A DNA stretch of 63,017 nucleotides, the filler included, from Klebsormidium nitens (taxonomy: Eukaryota > Plantae > Klebsormidiophyceae): assembly GCA_000708835.1 (NCBI GenBank). It is 8 parts of 8 records of this genome, joined end to end, with 100 filler letters (N's around TTAATTAATTAA, not from the genome) between each part and the next. Parts side by side here need not be neighbours in the genome. Positions count along the whole stretch, not along the records: positions 1 to 16,532 come from DF237839.1; positions 16,633 to 22,167 come from DF238480.1; positions 22,268 to 25,459 come from DF237541.1; 5 more parts are not named here. One strand, given 5' to 3'. The translations under genes and the position numbers were made by a program. Position 1 is the stretch's first letter, and every line of letters begins with the position of its first letter. The notes beneath the pieces were generated by a model that was given only the letters and a program-made list of their open reading frames with translations, did not search any database and had not been told where the DNA came from. This document shows positions 12,992 through 24,797 of the stretch, piece after piece.

Positions 12992-15900
12992 GAGTCCAGA
13001 AGCGGCAACTAAAGAGTGCTCCCTCGAAGCTACTGTCAATGTGTCGGCACTCTGACGCTGTCATCATTGCATGGCTCAAAGGAGCTTCCCAATCCAAAAG
13101 TCTGGCCACCCGCAACCCCCGCCGGCTCAGCAGGCACCAGTAGACGCAGAAACCGCGCCAGGAACCGCTCCCTTTCTGAAGCCTTCCGTATGATTCTCCG
13201 AGCCCGGATGACAGTCGGCCACGTGGACATAGAAAGCGAGCGTCAGATCAATGCTCGTGAGCGGTGGGGAGCACACCGTATGATGAATGCGGGAGGGTCA
13301 CATTATCCACTGGTCCTGCCCTGAAGATCCCTTCAAGTCCTTTCGTGCTTGCCATCCTCCTTTCCCAGGGAATGTCGATGGCCAAAACGTCTTCTACAAA
13401 GACGGAGTTTGAGAGATTGCAAAAATCAACCAAGATACCACGTCAAAGTCGCAAGCACCGACCAAGCGCTACTTTGGGTCTAAAGGCCTCTCACTTCTTG
13501 TGACGACCGAAAGGCACTTGAACTCTGGAGTAACTGAGACAGGCTTGTGGCGATTGAGTTCTTGAACAGGACTTCGCTCGATCTTGGTCCCGGAGACGAC
13601 TTCTCTTATACAGCTCGCTTCGAGCTTTCTTAGGAGTTTGCATGTCTCGCGCTTTGATAGCAGCTCTTTTCCAAATCAAGAACGGGGAAAAGTTGGCAGG
13701 AGCGGCTTAGCGAATCAGGAAAAGAGGTGGTCACCTCGAGGCCCCTTTGGAGCTTATCCTTAAGCCTCCTGATTGAATGCATGTCTGCATCGGGAGCGAG
13801 TCGAAGACACAGACTTGGACGGTTCCCGCTCCGATCGGCTGGCATACCTCTGTCATGAACGGCGACTGCGACCGCTGTCGCATCCGGCGTTGGCGCCAAA
13901 CCCCGCGCTCGCAGGCGCATTCAGACGACTCTCGCAGGATGATCCGCGAAAGCACTTCAGGGTCGTTTCGCGCACAGCGCTACCTCGGACAGCGGGGCAG
14001 TATTTGTGGCCTACTAGGGTACGCGGCCGGCACAGCGGGTGACGGCCTCGAGCGCGCAAGCGTGAACACGTCCTTGAGCAGGGAACCAACGATTTTTTCC
14101 AGCTGAAGCCCAGCCGTAGACAGCCAACTTCGATGTTTAATTGAGCAAGAGTTTTGAGAAGCGTCTGCTTCTGATGGTTTGCAGCGGCACACAACAGAAC
14201 AAGTGTATGACATGTGTCGCTCCAGAGTCGACGGCTCTTTAAAGACCAAAGACGCGGCTCTCGATCACTGGGTTGTCGAATCTGTTTCATGACGCCCACC
14301 AGAACAAGGCCGCGGAAAAACGGACTCGTCTTCGAAATTTTCCCTACATTAAGCGGAATACCTGACATTGCATCCTGACGTGAGAAGAAGGCGTACCTAA
14401 TTGCAGCTGTTCTGTTGCGACCGCCGAGACGTCACACCCGCTCGCGCCACGTATAATTTTCCACCCGCAGGCGGATTTCGCTTCCGGCGCTGACGTCAGC
14501 ATCGGACGGGGGCCAGGACCTGTCCGATGACGTCATCAGCGACGAGCTCCAGCCAGGGGGTTGCCCCCACTCTGCAAAGCCGAGAATGAGACTTTGTAAT
14601 CCGAAGGACTCCTGGCATTCAATTGCGGGCAGATGACTCTGCTTGGTTCGTTGTGGGCGTGGCTACGATGCCGCTGGATAGGATGGGGGAGTGGGCTGAT
14701 GAACTAAGCTGACCAACTGCCGGTCCTCTGAGGCTTTGTCAACCACCTAAAAGATCGGGCAGCAAAGAGCACAAGACTCATCCAGCCTAAATTCCGAGAC
14801 TCCCGTGCACATCGTCACTGATACAAACGGATGGTTGCAAAAGAGGGCTACTTGAGACTGTCACAATGCAAGGTTTCAAGAGTATTTTGTGCGGAGCTCG
14901 TAAACCGACCTACAGGGTTCGCTTCCGGTTCTTCTTTGCGTGCGCCCAAAGAAGCGTCCAGGTCTTCACAATGTCAACTTTAGAAAGACGCAGCCACAAA
15001 TCGTGAGGACCCTTCCCTGACTACCTAATAGCCTCATACAGTAGAGAATATGGTCGGCTGCTACATTGGGAAACACAAAAGAAAGGCCTCCAGCCAGGAA
15101 GTTTGGAACCAGGATCAATCTTGAGATTTATCGGTCAAGGATTACCCATAATCTTTTACAGCAGCAATTGAGCCCACACTCATTAAGCGACTTGCACAAC
15201 TCAGAACATGTGAGCTTTCAACTTGACAAAGTAAGGCCTCTTACTTTTGCTACTCGCCCAGCTATACAGGATGGAACTGCACAGACATCGAGACTGTCCT
15301 TGCAACTCTCCCATGACTCTCAGCCCCCGCCCCCGACATGCCTTGCAATTCTCCGACTGCAAATCAAAACCGTCCAATAAGGATGAGATACGCACCGGCG
15401 ATGATATGTGCCCAACCCGGTTCTTGTGAGACTCTTTTCACCCTGTGATACATTCCAGGGCGCATCCTAAGCTGGGTGCTCCGCTGGGCCCCTCACGCCA
15501 ATCCCGGGCATATACCCGGTCCAAAATGCGTCGTGCATTGACTGGATGCCTGCGATCAGGGCTTCCAGGGCTTTGCCTTGATCAGCCTGGATGGGTTTAA
15601 AAATGAATGTTCTTGCGTGTGTGTACAATAAGCAGACATCGGAATTTCGTCTTCTGCTTTTGTTGCTTCCGCCCAGACCAGGGTGTTGCCCATGACCCTC
15701 AGCTTTCTGGTGGATAGCATGACTCTGGGCAGAGAAAACCCTCTCTGAAGACAAATCCCCCTGGGACCGTCTGCATGGCTTCCGCTTCTGCCTTTTCAAC
15801 ATTTCAAGCACGGGTTCCACTTCAATTTGATGTCCCTCGCTTTATTTAAAACTCCCTTCAAAGAATGCAACAGACATGGATCCCACCAAAGAGTGCAAAA

Positions 15901-16532
15901 GATATTCTTAGCCAGCACGCACCTGCCTCTTGTCATTGCACATTCTTCTCCGCCCAACGCTGTGCACCCAACGCTGTGCATCCTGCCTGCCATTAACATA
16001 CTTGCCCCCAGGCATGACCAGCCCTCGCCGCCACGCGATGCGCTCCGGCATGGACCTACAAGCACAGCTGACGCAAGCAGTGGCCCCACAGGTGTTCTGC
16101 TCAGTCAGCTGGTTGCGCACCAAGGCACTTCAGGTCTGTTGCTCCTCAAATAGCAAGAGGGTTTCAAGGACTCTGCATTGGCTGAAGGAAGCTTGCAGCA
16201 GTTTCCTTCCGTTGGGTGTCCTCATCATTGAATTCAAGCCACTTCCTGGTTCGCTATCTCCAAGCGGAGGTCTCTTGCACGTTGTTGAGTGTCTGTCTGC
16301 AAACTGAATTCAGCACCTGGTTCTTTGGGCCCTTAGGAACATGTTGACCCCCTGCGATTCGCAAAGCTTTCATATCTAATGCAGAGCATGAGAACGAAAG
16401 AGATACCAGCGTCCTGAATCTACGTTATGTAATTGGAATCTCTCCTTCAACTTCAAGTTCCTATATAGGTACCTCAGCCTGTACCTCCCACATCATTGAC
16501 CCCCCTGGACAGCTCGGATGGTCCAAGACTCG

Positions 16533-16632
16533 NNNNNNNNNNNNNNNNNNNNNNNNNNNNNNNNNNNNNNNNNNNNTTAATTAATTAANNNNNNNNNNNN
16601 NNNNNNNNNNNNNNNNNNNNNNNNNNNNNNNN
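16533..16632. other. Artificial assembly spacer (44 N + TTAATTAATTAA + 44 N); same spacer at 22168-22267, 25460-25559, 54718-54817, 57820-57919, 59351-59450, 61881-61980
   Basis: Seven identical 100-bp blocks; the 12-mer gives stops in all six frames. Plain N gaps also occur at ~19677-20490 and 36391-36496. Confidence 0.95.
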
Positions 16633-16802
16633 GTGAAATTTTCGGACTTACTAGGTGACGGTCCACTGAGCCTACTAGGCTAGAGTGTAGACCTAAAGAT
16701 AGGCCGTGACTCGGAACACTCCATATACATTGTGTGAACTTGATTGATTGAATATCACTTCCAACAACGCTGTGTTTCAACATTAACACCTTGGCACGTT
16801 TT

Positions 16803-17352
16803 AACACCTTGGCGGCGTGGAGACTTCAAAGTCGTAGACCAGCTTTACCTTCTCATGCAGCATGCATATTGAAAGGCACTCGTGCTCCGCTTCTCTCTTA
16901 CCTCTGGCTTCGGTTCCAATCGAGCGCACACATGGGAGTCGACAGCACCGCTCCGAACTCGCTTGAAAAGAAGGTTGTTCTTCGCACAGGTCCAAGCCGC
17001 GGTCAATGTCACCAAGGAGCTACTCTGCGAACATCAAGCGCCCTATTCGCGCGGTGCGCCCTAGCTATGAAGACTTGCCAAAGAGAAGTGAAAGGATCAC
17101 TTCTCCTCGGCCTTATATGTTCGGCCGGTGCACAAGTCTCAATCATGGGCTACAGTATCGTACCCTAGTCTCGGCCGGGTTATCTTGGTACTTTACCACT
17201 AACCAGACATAAGGGGCCTACCCTTTGCCTCTAATTGCGGCGCGCGCGCCAGCCTCCCAATCCGGCCGCGGTTCGCCCTGGTATCGCTGCCGCACGTGGC
17301 AATTCTGCGCCACGTGTTACTATATGGGCACTACCTGGCATGGACAGCTTTC
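16803..17352 (+). repeat. Dispersed ~550-bp repeat, copy 1 (copy 2 at 34409-34967)
   Basis: Colinear shared blocks: AACACCTTGGC, CTCATGCAGCATGCA, GGTGCGCCCTAGCTATG.AGACTT.CCAAAGAGAAGT, AATCATGGGCT, TTTACCACTAACCA, TTCTGCGCCACGTGT.ACTAT.TGGGCACTACC. Confidence 0.85.
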
Positions 17353-17724
17353 GGCCCTAGCATTTGGCACTAAAAAAATAGCTCTTGTCTACCATATAGC
17401 TTGGCAAAGTCATGCCCTTTGCTGGCGGTGCCAAGCTCCGTCGCCACATAGAGGGCGCAGGTTTTCTCAGCCCTCAAAACTAGCTGTTTTCGCTCCTACA
17501 AGGTTTAACGTCATCGTCCTTACGCTCACAGGCTTGCTTTTGCTGGTTTTTGAAGCTGGACAGAGGAGCGCGTCCGGGCAGCGGGGCCTATTCCTGGCGA
17601 ACAAACTTGAACTCGCCAGATTTGATTAAGATTTGATGCTGCATTTGCCTGCGGGCCTGCGGGAGCGGCCATTTATAGTGTTCAGAATATCAAAATGGTG
17701 CGCCCGATCGCAGTCTGAATTTCA

Positions 17725-17909
17725 ATCACGCGACACTTTAAGAATAAGCTTTTAAGAACAGTAAGCTCAAACCAAATACTAAAATCGTAACCTACAAAAC
17801 CCACTTGCTCCGCACCCGTACCCACCCTGATCCCCAAATTAACCCTACCCGTCCCAGGCTGGTGGGCTTACTATTCCTAAAGCTTACTATCCCTGAAGTG
17901 TCATCTGTC
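17725..17909 (-). mobile_element. Second, older MITE of the family at 6536-6710 (opposite orientation)
   Basis: Reverse complement of the core (CTGGGACGGGTAGGGTTA..AGGGTGGGT.CGGGTGCGGAGC.AGTG..TTGAGCTTAC) matches element 1. Degenerate TIRs GACACTT../..AAGTGTC. 9-bp direct repeat TGAATTTCA at 17716-17724 and 17910-17918. Confidence 0.7.
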
Positions 17910-18626
17910 TGAATTTCACGATCTCGACGATCATCGGCAAATCATGCCACGTCAGCACTTTGATTACATTGCCCGATATTATAGATTGGCAAGATTGCGG
18001 GTGCTGGTCGCAAAAGTTAACCGGTAACTACAACCGAGCGCGTCGTGATCTGCCCTTTTGCCCGCCACTTCCGATGAGCCGGGTCGCACCCCCCCCCCCA
18101 CCCCCTCGGTTCGACGACAGCCGCTTTAGGTTAGGTAACATGGGTTCATGGGTGGCCGTCTGTGCGAGGGCAAAGGCTTGCCTCTTCGGGCCTCGATTAA
18201 AATCGCAATCAACGGTTGACAATCGCAGTCGACAGATAATCATGGCGAATTTTGTTTTACGGTGTAGATTTCTTACTCGTGAGAACAGCCAACCGAGCAA
18301 GCGCGAAATTTCGACGTCGAAGACCTCCAACATGCATGAACTTAGGTCGACTTCGAGACTGGCACCATGCAGCGTTTCGACGTAATTGTTCGCTTCGGAA
18401 GCCGCAACTGCGCTGCACGGGGAGGCCTACTTCAAAAATCTCGCACCGTTATACTGGCAAACGTGTACATTCGTTCACTGCACGTTCATTGTACGCTTTA
18501 TTTTCGAACCGAGCCAAATCATTGGCAGGTCGAATGGCTGCCGGGCGCCAATTGAAAGCCCGATTCCGTAGGTTCCCCTCCCCAAGAGGAAGAGGCAAGC
18601 CAATGTAGGTAGCCTGCTGCTCTCTC

Positions 18627-19670
18627 GGTAGACGCTACAAGAGCACGACCTTCGATCAAAATTGAGTCGGATTCGGTCCCCGCGGTCGCGCGAAAATTCA
18701 CTCTACAAATATTCAGAATCTTGTGTCACCACCGCAGACTGACGACACTCGACGACACTCAGCAGAATCTGCTAACGGTTGTTGTGAAATCCAATCTGTA
18801 TTTCAGCCCTTGTATTTCAGCCCCGGGTAACCGTAATGGCCGATTCCCAGGATTCCGCGCGGGCAACAAAATTATACAAGTGCTGTTCCTAGCGTCCCAA
18901 TTGCCCGGTTCAGACCTTAGGCTTACAAATTAACCGGGTACTTGAGGCGCCTATCTTTTGCCCCGGTGATTCGCAAGCACGATTAGCCGGGCAGGCTGGA
19001 CGCCAGAAAGAGTCCTGCTGCGGTCCAGATTTGCTTGCCCGGGGAATCGACCATTCCTTACAGGGCTGAAATGCAGACTGGATGTCCGACAACCTTCCCA
19101 TTTATTAGGTATTCTGTCGTGTGGGGCCAGTCTGCGGTGCGACCAGGATTTATTTAGTGATTTTCCCCAGGGTTTCCCACGGACTTTTGTCCCGGCCGGC
19201 CAGCTGCCGGCGCCCCTCGGGTTCAGCCGGCTCGATAGTCGGTCTTTGACTGCACCGGCCGGCTGAGCCTGCCCGGCAAGTGCCTGCATTTTTTGCCGGC
19301 TAGCAGCCAGCGCCGGGGGTGCCTTCGGCACCGGGCCGGAGTCCCATCTCGGCCGGCCAGGTCCAGGTCCTCTTGCCGGCAGGCTGTGGGAAACCCTTGA
19401 TTTTCCCGCGACCGTCCGAGTCAAATTTGTCTACCCATCTGTTCCTGGGTAGACCCTGCAAGAGCACGACCTTCAAAATTGACCCGGACGTACGGACGCG
19501 GTCCCCGCGGTCGCGCGAAATTCCACTCTATGAAATAAGTTTTGTCGCACCGTAGACTGCCGACTTGCTGCCGACACTTCGCAGAATTCCTTCAGGTTCT
19601 TGCGGACTCCAGTCTGCATTTCAGTCCTATAAGAAGTACCCCATCCCCCGGGCAAGCCAACCAGACCGTA
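18627..19670. repeat. Mixed direct/inverted repeat cluster, probable DNA-transposon subterminal region
   Basis: A ~210-bp unit (GGTAGAC..CAAGAGCACGACCTTC..CGGTCCCCGCGGTCGCGCGAAA..GCACCG.AGACTG..TCTG.ATTTCAG..CCCGGG) at 18627 and 19448, with an inverted partial copy at ~19035-19145. Confidence 0.6.
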
Positions 19671-20490
19671 GCAGGANNNNNNNNNNNNNNNNNNNNNNNN
19701 NNNNNNNNNNNNNNNNNNNNNNNNNNNNNNNNNNNNNNNNNNNNNNNNNNNNNNNNNNNNNNNNNNNNNNNNNNNNNNNNNNNNNNNNNNNNNNNNNNNN
19801 NNNNNNNNNNNNNNNNNNNNNNNNNNNNNNNNNNNNNNNNNNNNNNNNNNNNNNNNNNNNNNNNNNNNNNNNNNNNNNNNNNNNNNNNNNNNNNNNNNNN
19901 NNNNNNNNNNNNNNNNNNNNNNNNNNNNNNNNNNNNNNNNNNNNNNNNNNNNNNNNNNNNNNNNNNNNNNNNNNNNNNNNNNNNNNNNNNNNNNNNNNNN
20001 NNNNNNNNNNNNNNNNNNNNNNNNNNNNNNNNNNNNNNNNNNNNNNNNNNNNNNNNNNNNNNNNNNNNNNNNNNNNNNNNNNNNNNNNNNNNNNNNNNNN
20101 NNNNNNNNNNNNNNNNNNNNNNNNNNNNNNNNNNNNNNNNNNNNNNNNNNNNNNNNNNNNNNNNNNNNNNNNNNNNNNNNNNNNNNNNNNNNNNNNNNNN
20201 NNNNNNNNNNNNNNNNNNNNNNNNNNNNNNNNNNNNNNNNNNNNNNNNNNNNNNNNNNNNNNNNNNNNNNNNNNNNNNNNNNNNNNNNNNNNNNNNNNNN
20301 NNNNNNNNNNNNNNNNNNNNNNNNNNNNNNNNNNNNNNNNNNNNNNNNNNNNNNNNNNNNNNNNNNNNNNNNNNNNNNNNNNNNNNNNNNNNNNNNNNNN
20401 NNNNNNNNNNNNNNNNNNNNNNNNNNNNNNNNNNNNNNNNNNNNNNNNNNNNNNNNNNNNNNNNNNNNNNNNNNNNNNNNNNNNNNNNNA

Positions 20491-22167
20491 AGGACTTACA
20501 CGGTGGAGAAGTCCACCTTTATAGGTGAGCCGTAGCTCCAGTCACAAGGTGCAAGAGAACATAATAAAGCAGTGCTCGCAAGAAAGCAGCAACCGTAACG
20601 GACAAATGCAAGCAAGTAGCCGTTAGGCTATGGCGATAGGTACGCATCGAACGGTGCAGATATGCCACGTCAACCGTATAGGTGTCGTGGCGCCAGAATA
20701 TGCAATAACAATGATGCACGTGCTACAGCTAGTCCCCCCCCTGATCTGCAGCAACGTCCTCGTTGCTGCCAGAGGGGGCTGCCTGTACTAGGGTTGAGTC
20801 CACCCACATTGCTTCGTGAAAAGGTTGATCGCGAAACGTAACCAAGTATTGGGTTCGTGTCGTGTTCCGTCGTCTGACTTTTCGGGTGTCGATAACCCGG
20901 TCAATCGTAAGAGCAGGATCTGCGTCAGAAACAAGGGCAGGTGGAGGGGGTTGTTCCCGCCCCGGAATTCGGAGGTCGTCGTTGGGGGTGAAGGGTTTAA
21001 GCAGGGATACGTGGAACACGGGGTGTACCCGCATGTGGTCGGGGAGGTCTAATTTGTAGGCGACGTCGTTGATCGCCTGCAAAATGGTGAAGGGCCCCGT
21101 GTATTTTGGCCCGAGTTTTCGTACTTGCGTACGCCCGGGGAGAGTGAGATGTGCTGTGGAAAGATACACCTGGTCGCCGGGCTGAAGTATAAGCGGCCGT
21201 CGCTTACGGTCCGCGTACTGCTTCTGCCGGTTTTGGGCGACTGCAATAAGGGCTTTGGCGTCAGTAAGTGCAGTCGCGATATTCGCCAGGAATTGATCAG
21301 CGGCCGGGGTGTCGGTGGGTGGTGGTTTGAAAAGGGTTCTCGGGGTGAGGGGGTGGCGACCCGAGTTTAGGTAGAAGGGGGAGTGCCCGGTGGAAGCTTG
21401 CAGGGAGTTGTTGATGGCGAACTCCACCGGGGTGAGGAGGGTGTCCCAGTCAGTGTGGCGTGCAGAGACATAGGCGCGAAGCACCTCTTCGATGACCCGG
21501 TTGATGCGCTCGGTTTGGCCATCGGTCTGCGGGTGGAAGGCGGTTGAGAAGGACAGTTTAGTACCGAGTAGGCGGAAAAGTGTACGCCAGAAGTGCGAAG
21601 TGAATCTCGGGTCCCTATCGCTAATAATGACCCGAGATAGGCCCTTATGTCTGAACACAGTGTCGAAGTATGCCCGAGCAACAGTGGGTGCAGTGGTGTC
21701 AGCAGTCAAAGGAGCAATGAGGACCTGTTTTGTTAGTCGATCAATGAACACTGCAATTGCGGTGTGACCGCGAGGGGTTTTGGGAAGTTCGACGACGAGG
21801 TCCATCGAAATGTGTTCCCAGGGGGCGGTAGGAATGGGTAAGGGGCGAAGCGGGCCGGCCGGTACCCGGTTGGATGGCTTGTTGCGTTGACACTTGTCGC
21901 AACTCCGGACATACTGTCGGATATCCTGCTGCATGTCCGGCCAAAAGAAGGATCGAGTGGTTAGTTCCTCGGTTTTGTCCATCCCGAAATGTCCGGAGAT
22001 CGTACAGTCATGACAAGTGTCAAGTTGTGACGGTTGGACAGGGTCACACGCTGCCTGTCTACTTCACATGTGCGGAAACCATGCGAAGCTTCTCAGCACG
22101 CCTCGGGATCACCTCAGCAAGAGCGCCTCTCAGAAAAATTGCGTCTTCTTGCCTTCTTCCCAAAGAC
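20491..22167 (-). mobile_element. Ty3/Gypsy chromovirus 3' fragment: integrase-chromodomain, PPT, start of 3' LTR
   Basis: Integrase ORF ends in the PPT CAGGGGGGGA. Candidate LTR starts TGTAGCA at 20727 and runs into the N gap. The 5' part is lost at the spacer. Confidence 0.85.
20729..21982 (-). CDS. Gypsy integrase with GPY/F motif and chromodomain (partial pol)
   Basis: H(upstream HD..SGHFG)..CDKC zinc motif, ISMDLV, IISDRDPRF, HPQTDGQTER, KYTGPF, HPVFHVSLLKP, chromo-like IDRVIDTRKVRR..QYLVTFRD..HEAMWV. Confidence 0.92.
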   Translation of the reverse strand: MDKTEELTTRSFFWPDMQQDIRQYVRSCDKCQRNKPSNRVPAGPLRPLPIPTAPWEHISMDLVVELPKTPRGHTAIAVFIDRLTKQVLIAPLTADTTAPTVARAYFDTVFRHKGLSRVIISDRDPRFTSHFWRTLFRLLGTKLSFSTAFHPQTDGQTERINRVIEEVLRAYVSARHTDWDTLLTPVEFAINNSLQASTGHSPFYLNSGRHPLTPRTLFKPPPTDTPAADQFLANIATALTDAKALIAVAQNRQKQYADRKRRPLILQPGDQVYLSTAHLTLPGRTQVRKLGPKYTGPFTILQAINDVAYKLDLPDHMRVHPVFHVSLLKPFTPNDDLRIPGREQPPPPALVSDADPALTIDRVIDTRKVRRRNTTRTQYLVTFRDQPFHEAMWVDSTLVQAAPSGSNEDVAADQGGD

Positions 22168-22827
22168 NNNNNNNNNNNNNNNNNNNNNNNNNNNNNNNNN
22201 NNNNNNNNNNNTTAATTAATTAANNNNNNNNNNNNNNNNNNNNNNNNNNNNNNNNNNNNNNNNNNNNCACGATACATGATGTGACTAGATATGCATCAAT
22301 AGCATACAGCTCTACATACAGCGTGGATTATGCGGCTAATCGTATAGCTCTCTCTTGTCCACTACCTTTGACAAGACCAGCCACGCAAGCTGTGCAGAAC
22401 ACAGATAAGCTTGGCTGCATCGAACGGCGAAGCCGAACACAACTTATCCTGAACGGTGACATCGGCTCACTGAAGCCGATCCATCCGGGATATTACGCCG
22501 TCTTGCAGACAGCTACGCAGTGCGTCGTTAAGACGTAACCACCGCCGTTTCGCTAACTCGCGGTCAACGAAATCCTGTCGAGAACGAGGTCAGGCTTAGC
22601 CAGTCGTAATCGTTACACAATTGTCAATCCTCCGTTGCCTGGTACCTTTGGAGCCTCAACAAGGATTGTGGACCGAAGCAGACTTTTCGCCCATTGTCAA
22701 AGCCAAGTACAGGTTTGACTATCTCAGCAACAATGCGTTGCTACCTTCAGAAGCAGCATACCAACAATACAAGAGGTGCGCACAAAGTCGATGGAGAAAT
22801 CTGTACGATGAGGGAGTTTGGACGCAC

Positions 22828-24747
22828 CTGGCCGTCGTAGGCTACTGAGCAGCATGCCGCCTCGCGCCCAGGAGCGATGCGGCAGACCCTTCGATAGGTG
22901 GTAATTGGGTAGCGCGCTCCAGCCGTCGTCAGAGCCCCCTTCCTGCTCTCCAGCTGCCATGGACGGCCGCATGGAGAGAGCAACTCGACGGGTCGTGGGG
23001 CGCAAAAGTGCTTTGCTTTGTCACGCCGTTGCACACCTTCTTCGCCCCACCGTTCAGAAAGGCTCGCAACACTCGCTCCGCCCCGGCTCATGACCGTGTC
23101 AATCTTCTTGTGGCTGTGGCCCATGTCGAGCGCCGCCGCCGAGAGACACTCCCAAAGCTCGAGGCTCTGCCAATGGTTGCACGCAACTCTCGAGTCTGGT
23201 CGCCGGCACGCGGGGTCGTTACAGACCAAAAGCCTCCTCGTCCCCGCTTCTCGCTGTTCAACCCGCTCTGCCCGCCTCTCGGCGAGGGCCCGCGTCGCCT
23301 CGCTCCCGCCTCCATCATTTGAGCGCTCGATCAGGGGCACGGATTGCTTCGAGAGCACCTCCAGAAGGTGTTGACACCGCTCTGGACCCGTGCAGTTGAC
23401 GCCGCTGCAGTGCGCCTTCTCCCCCCAAAGCATGCAAACCACGGGCTTCTCTCCAGGGTTGCTCACAAGGATCACTCGGAGTTGCGGCCCCCCTCTCCAC
23501 GCCTCCGCGTCAAGCCCAAAGAGTGTGCCTCCCAGGCACCCCCCTTGTTCTAGCGGCAAAACCCAAGGCACGCCGTTGGTGACCTCGAGCACAAAGGGGC
23601 GGCTGTCGTCAAAGGCCGTGAAGATGGCCTCTCCGTTTTGCCACCAGCCGCCCATGAGACGCGTCGCCTCCAGGAACCCCACATCGTGGTCCCGGCACGC
23701 CTTCTGGCCGCACAGGCACCGCAAGCTGCCCATGTGGTCGACCTTCACAAGTCGGGGGACGTTGACGAGCCCCCGATCCGTGGCAGCAATGTCCAAAAGG
23801 CGCCCACTGGAGGCGTCGAGCAGGGGAACAAGAAAAAGGCCGGGGGCAACGGCGATCGGAGGGATCTTGCTTCGCCTCAACTCAGAAAGGAGCGCCACCG
23901 TGCCAAGCTTTCGTGGGCTGGGCCCCTCTTCAAGCGCCCTCTTGACACCGCGCCTCACCGGAGCGGCCGCCTTGGGCTCACGACAGTACGGGCAGGGGGC
24001 AAGATCCCTCCTTTGCACGAAGAATTGGTGGCCGCCCTCGGTCGCCTCCTCCCCCGACCGTACTTCCCGAAGCTTCTGAGTACTAAGGAACACTTCGTAC
24101 TTTGTGAAGAGCTCTTGCTGAGGAATGGAGCATCCGGTCGCGCTTGAAACAAAGGGGCTCCCCTCTTTGTACTGAGCCTCCACGCACCGTAAGCACAGGA
24201 GATGCCCCCCTCCGCCTCGGCAGATGAGTGCCCCACCCCGGTTCCGTTTCCGCTCCCAGATGAAGGGTTCACTCCCCCGAGCATAGACCGCCCCCTTTCC
24301 GCCGCACGTTTGCCCGATGCACGTCGACCCAAAGCCGCCCCGAGCAAAAGCCCCTGCAGGCCGCAAGCTGAAGGCGAGCCCGTAGTCAAACGCAAAGTCG
24401 GCAGCTCCCTGCTTTGCCGCATAGGAGGGGCGCCCCCCTCGCACACCCCCTGCATTTGGCAAGGGCGGGACGGCCGTCGGGACGCTCTTGACGTCGCTGA
24501 AGACTGGAGCAGGGCCTTTGAAGTGGACTGCCGCACAACTCCTGACGGCTTGACCGGCCTTCAAGGTCTCGTGCAGGGTCGCCGAGGCCGCAGGGGTGGT
24601 CGATGCAATGAGCACGACGCCGGAGGATTCTTTTTCGTCACGCGACGCCGTACCGAGATTCATCCTGGCATCGGAGAGAAAGCTTTGGGTTTGAGCCGAC
24701 TTCGATGGCCTTAAGCCTCTTCGGCCCCCCTGGAATCCGCTCATCAT
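22828..24747 (-). CDS. Large Cys-rich exon (~640 aa), possible CxC/KDZ (Zisupton-like) transposon-associated protein; continues past a GT donor at 22827
   Basis: Uninterrupted 1.9-kb frame. Motifs HLLCLRC..CPYC, CLCGQKACRDH, CSGVNCTGPERCQH, CNDPAC..ACNH and PCGRPW..YRRVC..CCSVAYDGQ|gt. The family assignment is recalled similarity only. Confidence 0.5.
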
Positions 24748-24797
24748 GCCAGAACCAAAAGTTGCACGTCATGTGGCCCGGTGGCCGCCCCGACGCT

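Noticed and set aside
13248-14368. Overlapping minus-strand ORFs, possible decayed transposon gene
   Set aside because: No catalytic or domain motif identifiable.
15201-16310. Possible spliced minus-strand gene with one CKACRGRG (DnaJ-like CxxCxGxG) motif
   Set aside because: A single motif only, and no consistent exon chain could be built.
17195-17215. tRNA-like GGTTAGTGGTAAA on the minus strand (also ~34820-34835)
   Set aside because: No B-box or cloverleaf follows, so neither tRNA nor SINE can be called.
19542-20528. Long ORFs of 319-328 aa
   Set aside because: Artefacts of translating through N gaps; the same applies to other X-containing ORFs.
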